Position numbers and translations under genes: made by a program. Positions 39,942-47,822 of a stretch of 64,000 nucleotides of DNA are shown in pieces. Below the pieces are notes generated by a model. The model saw nothing but the letters and a program-made list of their open reading frames with translations, made no database searches and was not told where the DNA came from. Origin of the DNA: Candidatus Levyibacteriota bacterium (lineage in GTDB: Bacteria; Patescibacteriota; Microgenomatia; Levybacterales; UBA12049); the NCBI GenBank assembly GCA_052034235.1, contig JBPOIT010000009.1:8203-72202 (forward strand). The letters run 5' to 3'. Positions within the stretch are counted from its first letter, which is position 1; every line of letters begins with the position of its first letter.

Positions 39942-39961
39942 TTAACCGTCGCTCATTCCAT

Positions 39962-40123
39962 TTTTCGGCATTTACGAGCACGCGTAAAGAAAATTCCTGT
40001 AATGAAGCGTCTAAAAAGGGGTAAGGAGAACAACGTGAGTCCGGCCCTTTTAGCGTAAATTTTTAGCAGGGCGCAGTCTTGCCGAGAGCTTTGGTCCTTT
40101 TGCAGTAAAAGAACATAAAAGAA
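39962..40123. repeat. ~165-bp direct repeat element, copy A. It sits immediately 3' of the giant gene stop and 3' of hydrolase gene 40248-41228.
   Basis: About 90% identical to 42313-42482. Both copies share the stem ctaaaaaggg...cccttttag. A second hairpin, gtccttttgcagtaaaagaac here and gttctttgtcggcacaaagaac in copy B, keeps its pairing through compensatory changes. In copy A the pairing is complete only as minus-strand RNA, where it needs a G-U wobble. Confidence 0.6.
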
Positions 40124-40247
40124 TACCTCATATATTCTTTGTCGACACAAATAACATACGTGGTGCAGTTTTCCTGATGATCCTACCAATATCAACAGTA
40201 AGTAGTCAGTAAAAAGAAGTACTGATACACAATTAATCTAACATTAA

Positions 40248-41228
40248 TTAATCACGTTTAACAACCTCGTCATACACCTTCTTGGAGATTTGTTCTATAA
40301 CTTCTTCTTGATCTGCAATATTTTTCCCTTTAGTCATAATGCATAGAGCATATGGACTTTCAGGATAATAGACAATACCACAATCGTGTAATTGTTGTTC
40401 ATCGCCACGTTTTATCTCTCCGAATTTGTGCGCAACAGGTATGCCTGATGGAATACCTGCTACTAATCCTTCTTTAAATTCTGTTTGTGATAAAAATTCC
40501 AATGCTTTATTAGACATTTCAAAATTTAGATATGATGAATTATAAAGAATTCGAAAAATTGCAGCATATGAATGTACGGCAATATACTGTTCTATATCAC
40601 CTTTTCTTGGATCTATGATACCTAGATCACTTAATGTATCAATGAAATCTTCTTGCGAATACTCTTGATTCAAATATTTTAAAAGCAGCTCCTGTGCAGT
40701 ATTTTCTGATTGTGTGATAAGAATTTTTAGTACTTCTTCAATCGTATATGTTTTACCTTTCTCAATCTTTACCTTCGGTTTGATATTTTGATCTACGATC
40801 TTAATATCACTTACCACAGTGAGCGTTTTTTTCAATAATGAAGGGTCTGCCTCTGCCTTTTTTAAATAAGTCATCAGCAGGGGTACTTTGAGTAAACTGG
40901 CTGGTGCAAAATCTTCGTTTGCATTAATACTCATCAGTGGACCATTTTGAAGATCTCTAAAATGTATCGCAACAGTGGACACTTTCCCTGCTGCGCTTTC
41001 AGTCTCAATAACTTCCAACAGATCATTTCGTAAAGTTACGTATTCCTTCTTTTTAACAGGATCCGTTTCGCAACGCAGAGGATTTAGATACGCATAGGGA
41101 CATTCTGCTTCTGTTGAGATTTGTGTCAAATTTTTACTTTTTTTTGCAGAAGTATTATATAAAGAAAACCCTAGTGCAAGGATGATAGTTAATAAAATTA
41201 GATAAATAATTATATTAGTTTTATTCAT
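40248..41228 (-). CDS. Secreted/membrane-anchored serine hydrolase with class A beta-lactamase fold (SxxK, SEN)
   Basis: 326 aa. N-terminal TM/signal (IIIYLILLTIILALGF), PASLLK (SxxK), ITQSENTAQ (S[DE]N-like loop), and KFGE near the C-terminus. About 40% identical to the adjacent paralog. Confidence 0.6.
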   Translation of the reverse strand: MNKTNIIIYLILLTIILALGFSLYNTSAKKSKNLTQISTEAECPYAYLNPLRCETDPVKKKEYVTLRNDLLEVIETESAAGKVSTVAIHFRDLQNGPLMSINANEDFAPASLLKVPLLMTYLKKAEADPSLLKKTLTVVSDIKIVDQNIKPKVKIEKGKTYTIEEVLKILITQSENTAQELLLKYLNQEYSQEDFIDTLSDLGIIDPRKGDIEQYIAVHSYAAIFRILYNSSYLNFEMSNKALEFLSQTEFKEGLVAGIPSGIPVAHKFGEIKRGDEQQLHDCGIVYYPESPYALCIMTKGKNIADQEEVIEQISKKVYDEVVKRD

Positions 41229-41245
41229 TAGCTCGTATTCAGAAA

Positions 41246-42253
41246 TTAATTAGTATTTCTGTAATGCACCTCATTATATACTTTTTGAGATATTTCTTTT
41301 ATTACTGTTTTGAGATCACTCTGTGATGTTCCTCTGGTCATAATGCAGATGACATAGGGATTGTTTGGATAGTAGACAACGCCGCAATCATGAAATTGTT
41401 GTTCGTTTCCGTTTTTCTGTTCACCAAATTTATGAGCAATTTGCAGATCACTTGGGATACCTGCAACGACTCCTTCATTAAAGGATGTCTGTTTGAGAAT
41501 GCCCAATGCTTTATCTGACATAGCAGTTGTAAGATATGATGAATTATATAAAATTCTGAAAAGTGATGCATATCCTTGGACGGTTATATACTGCTGGTCA
41601 TTTCTTTTCCTTGGATCGACAATTCCTAAATCGCTGAGTGTTACAATAAAATCATCTTCAGAATAATGAGCTCTTAAATAATTCAACAGTACTTTCCAAG
41701 AGATATTATCAGATTCTGTTATCATGAATTTAAGCAATTCATCGATTGTATATGTCTCACCAATTTTTGCTGATTTCCCAGGAGTGACATTTTGCTCCCA
41801 AGAACCCAAATCTCCTTCTACTTTTACGTTTTGAGAAAGTAGATTTGGATCTGTTTCTGCCTTTTTGTAATACATAATCATGAGAGGTAATTTAAGAAGA
41901 CTTGCTGGGATGAAATTCTGCTGTTCGTTGATGTTAAGGATAGGACCGTTCTGAAGATCTCTGAAATAGACAGCGGCAGATATTAGCTTTCCTTCATTTT
42001 CCTGCTTCTGGATATACTCATTAAGTTCACTACGGAGAACCACGTATTCTTTTTTCTTTTTCGCCAAATCAGGTTCACATCTGAGAGGATTGATATTGTG
42101 ATACTGACATTTAGTATCTTTCGCGAGGGGTTCTTCGGCTCGTTTATTTACCAAATCCCACACATGCCAATAGCTGCCAGCGGCAAACAGAATGAAGAGA
42201 ACCAATGTATAAAGTACAACTGCCTTTTTACTCATCAGCACAATTATATACAA
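41246..42253 (-). CDS. Serine hydrolase with class A beta-lactamase fold, tandem paralog (SxxK, SDN)
   Basis: 335 aa (start may instead be the Met at 42235). N-terminal TM, PASLLK, ITESDNISW and HKFGE. It shares the conserved pair of Cys with its paralog (KCQYHNINPLRCE vs ECPYAYLNPLRCE). Confidence 0.6.
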   Translation of the reverse strand: MYIIVLMSKKAVVLYTLVLFILFAAGSYWHVWDLVNKRAEEPLAKDTKCQYHNINPLRCEPDLAKKKKEYVVLRSELNEYIQKQENEGKLISAAVYFRDLQNGPILNINEQQNFIPASLLKLPLMIMYYKKAETDPNLLSQNVKVEGDLGSWEQNVTPGKSAKIGETYTIDELLKFMITESDNISWKVLLNYLRAHYSEDDFIVTLSDLGIVDPRKRNDQQYITVQGYASLFRILYNSSYLTTAMSDKALGILKQTSFNEGVVAGIPSDLQIAHKFGEQKNGNEQQFHDCGVVYYPNNPYVICIMTRGTSQSDLKTVIKEISQKVYNEVHYRNTN

Positions 42254-42312
42254 AATTTATTATAAATACATGCACTAACTAGACATATTTCTCGCCCCAT
42301 TGGGATCATTAG

Positions 42313-42482
42313 TATTCGGCAATTACGAGCACGCGTTAAGAAAATTCCTGTAATGAAGCGTCTAAAAAGGGGTAAGGCGAACAACGTGAGTCCGGCCCTT
42401 TTAGCGTAATGAAAGGAATTTTTAGAGAGCGGAGTCTTGCCGAGAGTTTTGGTTCTTTGTCGGCACAAAGAACATAAAAGAA
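42313..42482. repeat. ~170-bp direct repeat element, copy B. It lies between the 3' end of the PKD-domain gene and the 5' end of hydrolase gene 41246-42253.
   Basis: See copy A. It carries an 11-nt insertion (tgaaaggaatt) relative to copy A. Confidence 0.6.
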
Positions 42483-42488
42483 GAATAT

Positions 42489-44645
42489 TTAATTAAAACT
42501 TATTATCAAAGTTGGAGTATTCCCACTTTCTTTTGTCCCAAATTCCACTCTCCCATTCTGTCCTTCATCAACTTTTTTCAAAAGCCATCCAGTGTTTGTA
42601 TTTGCTCCACTGATAAATGATTGCACATCAGAAGTGACATCAAATTCAACAACTCCTGTTTGATTATTGGTAATTGTCGTCGTTGCAGTTGCAGCAGATG
42701 CAAAAGGCCAGAGACTACTATTTGTCATATTCCATTCATCTCCCCCTGTACAATTCTTTGAAGTATTCTGTATATTTGAATCAGTTGAACATGACCACGT
42801 TATACCATTTCCTGTTCCTCTAAATGATGGATTGTTGCCATCATTAAATCCATTCCCTTCTGTCCAGTCCTGAATCAGTCGGTGAAGAGAAATCGGACGA
42901 CCTGTCGATCCCCAGTTATTTCCGTTGTCAGAAATGGCAAATTGCAGTTTTGCTGTATAATTCTGAGCCCCATTTACCGCTGTTTCTATCTGAGATTGAT
43001 CAAATTTCACAAGCGAACGGTTATGGCCTGTAGACTGAAGCCGCATAAAGGAAGAAGACCCCTCATTTTCATTAGAAGACCCCTGTTTAATATACGAATC
43101 AGCAGTCGGATACAACGTTACGGGTTCTAAAGTATTTGCCACCGTGATTTCCGCAGTTTCAATATCTGACATTCCCCCATCATCCGTAAGAGTTAAAGTT
43201 ACAGTATATGTGCCGGTAGCAGTATAAGCGTGTGTCCCCGCTACTACTCCAGATCCATTACTTTCACTAATAACACCATTACTTGTGGTTCCATCCCCCC
43301 AATTCCAAACTGCGGTATGGTTACCATTAATATTAGGATCTGAAAAGTTAGTTGAACTTTCAAAAGACATGTCTGTTTGTATTAATGTCGGAAGATTAAT
43401 CGAGCTTATTGTAGGAGCAAGAGAAGGTTTGCTTATGGTTATGGGCTCATAACCTAACCCTGATTGAGGTAGATATAATCTATAGTTACCATCTGGAAGC
43501 GAATTTCCACTTCCGTAGCCGACACCATTAAACAAGCAAGAGTTGCTAGGGATATGTAATTCTGTAGTTGCTACGACATTCCCACTAGCGTTTATCAAGT
43601 GACAAGTTTCTCGCATTGGGACATTAGTCTCTACGTAAATATTGTCTGAATTATATACTACTCTTGGAACATCAAGTAACGTTGTTGTTGTATAAAAAAA
43701 GCTATTTGATCTGATACGAGTGCTACCTTGTGGATCTCCATAAAAGTATAGAGATAAATTTTTATAATCAATACTAGAAGTATTAAAAGTACAAGAGTTA
43801 GCTGTCTTACTCGATGCAACGATATTCATATCTGCATTAACCACTAAATAACAGCTATAGAAAGTAGCATCTGGTGTAAAAGAGATGGTTAATAGCCTCT
43901 TATTGGGAGAATCATAAACATATGAAAAATTAGTGATTGAAAGAGATGGTTGAGGGTCTGGTATTTCGATAAAAGCCGCAATGACATCATACTCCCCTAC
44001 ATTCCCATGATTATCTGTAATTTTAACTTTAATGACATAGGTACCCGCGGAAGTATATACATGATCCATATAATATAGTGTTCCATCAATCGTAAGGGGT
44101 TGTTCGCCAGAACCATCGCCATAGTCAACAGTACCAGTCCATGAGGATGAATCAGGATCGCTAAAGCCATAAAATTGATAGTAACGATCTCCAGCATGAT
44201 TAATTAAATAATTAGGTATATAGAATTGTGGTGCTTCATTCTCTGGTGTAGAAGTTGGAGAAGTTGGAGGCACCAATGATGGCTTTCCATTTATCATATA
44301 AAAGACTTCTGATATTCCAACTGGATTATTCTGATCACCAAACTGATTTAAAATTTCTATCGTGTATTCTCCATCAGGTAATGTAGCTCCAACAAATGAA
44401 CATCCATTTGCTGGTCTCATTACAGAGCCATTGTTAACGAAATTATGAGAACTGTTATAGATTATACAATTATCACTCGTTTTGGTTTCGGAAGGCATCG
44501 GATTGAAAAAAATTTTACTTAAAGTTCCAGGATCATTTCCTGGATAGAATCCTAAGACACTCATTTGTGTACTTGCATATGTGGTAGAAGTAAAAACTAA
44601 AGTAGTTAGTAGACTAAAGAAGATTAACGAATAGAATTTTCTCAT
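42489..44645 (-). CDS. Secreted PKD-domain protein with a C-terminal lectin-like beta-sandwich domain
   Basis: The start was moved to MRKFYSLIFFSLLTTLVFTSTTYAS (signal peptide); the longest ORF reaches 44711. There are two PKD-type motifs: VDYGDGSGEQPLTIDGTLYYMDHVYTSAGTYVIKVKITDNHGN and WNWGDGTTSNG...GTHAYTATGTYTVTLTLTDDGG. The C-terminal ~230 aa is a possible DNRLRE-type domain (HNRSLVKFD), at low confidence. Confidence 0.65.
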   Translation of the reverse strand: MRKFYSLIFFSLLTTLVFTSTTYASTQMSVLGFYPGNDPGTLSKIFFNPMPSETKTSDNCIIYNSSHNFVNNGSVMRPANGCSFVGATLPDGEYTIEILNQFGDQNNPVGISEVFYMINGKPSLVPPTSPTSTPENEAPQFYIPNYLINHAGDRYYQFYGFSDPDSSSWTGTVDYGDGSGEQPLTIDGTLYYMDHVYTSAGTYVIKVKITDNHGNVGEYDVIAAFIEIPDPQPSLSITNFSYVYDSPNKRLLTISFTPDATFYSCYLVVNADMNIVASSKTANSCTFNTSSIDYKNLSLYFYGDPQGSTRIRSNSFFYTTTTLLDVPRVVYNSDNIYVETNVPMRETCHLINASGNVVATTELHIPSNSCLFNGVGYGSGNSLPDGNYRLYLPQSGLGYEPITISKPSLAPTISSINLPTLIQTDMSFESSTNFSDPNINGNHTAVWNWGDGTTSNGVISESNGSGVVAGTHAYTATGTYTVTLTLTDDGGMSDIETAEITVANTLEPVTLYPTADSYIKQGSSNENEGSSSFMRLQSTGHNRSLVKFDQSQIETAVNGAQNYTAKLQFAISDNGNNWGSTGRPISLHRLIQDWTEGNGFNDGNNPSFRGTGNGITWSCSTDSNIQNTSKNCTGGDEWNMTNSSLWPFASAATATTTITNNQTGVVEFDVTSDVQSFISGANTNTGWLLKKVDEGQNGRVEFGTKESGNTPTLIISFN

Positions 44646-44718
44646 CTTATGTAAAGTGTAGAGTACTCTTATTAAAAAGTCATTAATTAGAAACGCATCA
44701 AATTCACACAAGCTTTTT

Positions 44719-44727
44719 TGCTATAAT
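44719..44727 (+). promoter_or_regulatory. Extended -10 element (TGcTATAAT) upstream of the 1024-aa secreted-protein gene, in a divergent intergenic region
   Basis: tgctataat at 44719-44727, and the ATG at 44747. No convincing -35 and no SD. Confidence 0.3.
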
Positions 44728-44746
44728 ATATAAGTACTCCTGTCCT

Positions 44747-47700
44747 ATGAAAAAACTACGTGGTTCTGCTGGGTGGATCTTTGTTACTCTTATTTTAGTT
44801 GTTTTTTTTGCCGCTATATATGTTTTGCCTAATTATTCATTAACTGCTCCACTTTCACCTTTTGCTCCATCCCCTTCTCTTAACAGAGAGATCGTGGAAT
44901 ATTCACTCTCAGAGGAGAGAACACTACCAGAGCAATATAATATACCTGGAAATAAATTACCTGAGTTTACATTTGATATTGCTGCACCGAAATTCCAAGA
45001 GATATTACAAAGCTCTGGTGATGCGCTTAATGAGAAAGCAAAAGCAAAAATCACCTATCAAGGATCCGGTAAAGGTGATAATACTTTCGATGCAGATATA
45101 CAAGTAAACACAGAAAAAAGCAAATTGGTGGTTCATCCCAATGATATTCCTAATTTTACGCCAGGCAAATATAGATTAAGTTTGACACTTCGCACGATTG
45201 AAGGAGAAGTTAATATCGAGCAAGATTTTACATGGGGTGTTATCGCTGTAAATACTGATAAATCAATCTACAAACCCGGTGAAACTGCGGAGATTGGTTT
45301 TGGTATTTTGGATGACGGAGGCAATACTCAATGTGTGGACACGGCTGACATTGTGACAACAATTACTTCACCTGAAGGTAAAGTAACCGAACTATCAACT
45401 AATACTGGAACGATCAGAGATAGTGGCAAATGTGGTGCTATCACTTTTACGAATAAAGCTGATTTCCAGGCGCAATATAAAACTTCAACTTCGGGCATCT
45501 ACCAAATGCACGTCACTGCTAGTATTAAAGGCGGTCCAATGCGCACAATTGATGACTATTTTAAAGTAGATTCTGATGTTCCGTTCGACATTACACGTAA
45601 TGATTTTCCTACCCGTATATACCCTGGTAGCCCCTACCCTGTCGCTTTCAAAGTAGTTCCAAAAGAGGCATATCGCGGTAAAATTGAAGAATTTGTTCCT
45701 AAGAATTTTCAAGTAGTAAGTATAAATAATAGAGGGCGAATTGAAGATGTAGGACTCTATAAAAAAATCACTTGGGATGTAAATTTAACCGCAGGTGAAG
45801 TGAGTTATTATAGCTACATAATAAAATTTCCTATGATTTCACCTGAATTTTATTTATTAGGACCTATTACAATAGGTACATTTAAAGAAGCGCGACAATG
45901 GCAGGTAGCATCAGATGCTATAAACTCGAGTACAGGCCTATTAAGTTATGAGGATAATGGAGGTAGTAATACTTGGTCACGAGTGTGGAACGGAACGGCT
46001 TTTAATGCGCAGGCGTCTATGTCTACAACTCCTGCTGATAGTCGATGGTTTTCTGAACAAAGTAGTCCTATCAATAACGAGAAACTTGTTGCACTAGTAG
46101 ACAATGCTGGGGTTAGTCCAAATATCGATCCGCTCTATATGTTCAGATGGGATGGGGCAGCCTGGAATTTAGATTTCTCCATTGGTTTTACTTGCCAACA
46201 AGACGCATCACGTAAATTTGACATCGCCTATGAAGAAACCTCTGGAGATGCACTTTTAGTATACAATGACTGTACTAGTCAATTAAAATATCGAAAGCGA
46301 GCAAGTGGAGCTTGGGATGGATCTTCAAGTAATGCTGGTACAGCTTATGACACGACAAAGTCTTGGATCAAACTTAAAGCAAAACCAAATACTGATGACA
46401 TTCTTGTAGGAATACTTAACGCCAACAGAAGGGTTGGCGCAATGGTTTGGGATGGTGCAAGTAATACTTTTGGGACCCAACTAGCAGACAGTTCAGGTAC
46501 GAGTAGTCAAACAAATACCATTACCGAGGAATCCATGGGTATTGCGTGGGAGAATTCAAGCGGAAAAGCACTGCTTGTCTATGGATCCACTACTACTACT
46601 CTTTTATATAGAGAGCTTAATGGGACCTGGGGAGGAGAAAATACTGCCTATACAGGGCTTGCGGGTCCGGTAGCATGGTTGAGTGTTTCTGGGGATATAC
46701 AACTCAACAGTGATTATGTGGCAGTAGGAATCGTAACGGCAACAACAATTAGAAATGAATTTGGTGTTTGGAATGGAGCAACATGGGTTACAAAACCAAC
46801 AGCTGTTACTGCGAGAAGCATCCAAGATAAAGCAATGTCTGTCAACTGGGAAGCATCTACATCTGCGAAAGCAATCTGGGCATATTCAACGAATGCTGGT
46901 GGAACTACTCCGCGTCAATTATCATATCGTACCTGGACAAACCCTGGTGGGGTTTCAACTTTCGGTGCAGATACTATTCTTACAGGAACTTTAGGTACTA
47001 ATATCCTCACCATTGAGCTTTATAGTGATACCAACTCACGTGGTATTATTGCGCTTATTGTTGATAATAATGGCGCTTTGTGGGATAGAAATTGGGACGG
47101 TAGTAGTTGGTCTGCATTACCCGGTGCAGCGTTAATTGCGAGTATTCAATCTGCGGGAGACAACGCACAAGCGTTTGGTTTTGGATTTGACCGTTTTTTG
47201 GAAACATTAGCTGCTTACAAATTCTTTGCCAATACAAATTCAACAGATGTGGGAGTTGCATTGGGTGCTCAAGACTCGCCTATTATTTTCAGCACAGCAA
47301 ATCCTGAATTTAGATTACGTATGTTATTGTATATTGATCCAGACGATTCTGTGGCAATAGGAGCTCGTCTATATACCCTGCAATATGTAGATCCTGGTGT
47401 TGGATCGTGTGCGGCACCTAGCGGAGGGACACCTGCCTCATGGACTGATGTAGGAACAGGGGTTTCTACTCTTATCGCATACAACAACAACGCTACACCA
47501 ACAGATGGGTCAAACTTAACAACCAATGCTTCAGATCCAACTTATAATGGAAAAACTGTCAGGGCGCAAACATATGAAGAGTCAAATACTTTTGCAAATT
47601 CTACATCTGCAATCGCAGGTGATCAAGTTGGATTGTGGGATTTTTCATTGAAGGATAATACAACTTACGACATTGACTCTCAAACATTTTGTTTTCGGGT

Positions 47701-47821
47701 TAAAAACAACTCTGGGCGTGTTATTAAAACACCGAGCTATCCTCAGATAACTACTGCTGGAACACCTGATGTTCTTATTCAGGGTGGTTCGATTATTCAA
47801 GGAGGAACGATACTTCAGTGA
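44747..47821 (+). CDS. Large secreted hypothetical protein (1024 aa), possibly with N-terminal alpha-2-macroglobulin MG-like/Ig-like domains
   Basis: N-terminal TM/signal (WIFVTLILVVFFAAIYVL). The motif NTDKSIYKPGETAEIGF resembles the MG2-domain TDKPIYKPGqtV motif (from memory, weak). No other recognisable catalytic motif. Confidence 0.55.
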   Translation: MKKLRGSAGWIFVTLILVVFFAAIYVLPNYSLTAPLSPFAPSPSLNREIVEYSLSEERTLPEQYNIPGNKLPEFTFDIAAPKFQEILQSSGDALNEKAKAKITYQGSGKGDNTFDADIQVNTEKSKLVVHPNDIPNFTPGKYRLSLTLRTIEGEVNIEQDFTWGVIAVNTDKSIYKPGETAEIGFGILDDGGNTQCVDTADIVTTITSPEGKVTELSTNTGTIRDSGKCGAITFTNKADFQAQYKTSTSGIYQMHVTASIKGGPMRTIDDYFKVDSDVPFDITRNDFPTRIYPGSPYPVAFKVVPKEAYRGKIEEFVPKNFQVVSINNRGRIEDVGLYKKITWDVNLTAGEVSYYSYIIKFPMISPEFYLLGPITIGTFKEARQWQVASDAINSSTGLLSYEDNGGSNTWSRVWNGTAFNAQASMSTTPADSRWFSEQSSPINNEKLVALVDNAGVSPNIDPLYMFRWDGAAWNLDFSIGFTCQQDASRKFDIAYEETSGDALLVYNDCTSQLKYRKRASGAWDGSSSNAGTAYDTTKSWIKLKAKPNTDDILVGILNANRRVGAMVWDGASNTFGTQLADSSGTSSQTNTITEESMGIAWENSSGKALLVYGSTTTTLLYRELNGTWGGENTAYTGLAGPVAWLSVSGDIQLNSDYVAVGIVTATTIRNEFGVWNGATWVTKPTAVTARSIQDKAMSVNWEASTSAKAIWAYSTNAGGTTPRQLSYRTWTNPGGVSTFGADTILTGTLGTNILTIELYSDTNSRGIIALIVDNNGALWDRNWDGSSWSALPGAALIASIQSAGDNAQAFGFGFDRFLETLAAYKFFANTNSTDVGVALGAQDSPIIFSTANPEFRLRMLLYIDPDDSVAIGARLYTLQYVDPGVGSCAAPSGGTPASWTDVGTGVSTLIAYNNNATPTDGSNLTTNASDPTYNGKTVRAQTYEESNTFANSTSAIAGDQVGLWDFSLKDNTTYDIDSQTFCFRVKNNSGRVIKTPSYPQITTAGTPDVLIQGGSIIQGGTILQ

Positions 47822-47822
47822 C

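Noticed and set aside
39953-40195. Minus-strand ORFs 39953-40195 and 42244-42468 share a conserved peptide (AKRAGLTLF[AS]LPLFRRFITGIF[FL]TRAR.CR)
   Set aside because: The conservation only mirrors the nucleotide identity of the ~165-bp repeat. The ORFs start with non-ATG codons and their unique parts are unrelated. A structured DNA or RNA element is the more parsimonious reading.
42667-43130. Plus-strand ORFs 42667-42873, 42882-43130, 43997-44197 and 41338-41571 inside the PKD and hydrolase genes
   Set aside because: They lie inside well-supported minus-strand genes, are short and have no motifs. They are spurious.
44833-47526. Minus-strand ORFs (44833-45054, 45485-45712, 46604-46825, 47055-47261, 47269-47526) inside the 1024-aa secreted-protein gene
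   Set aside because: Antisense to a long ORF with a signal peptide. No supporting features.
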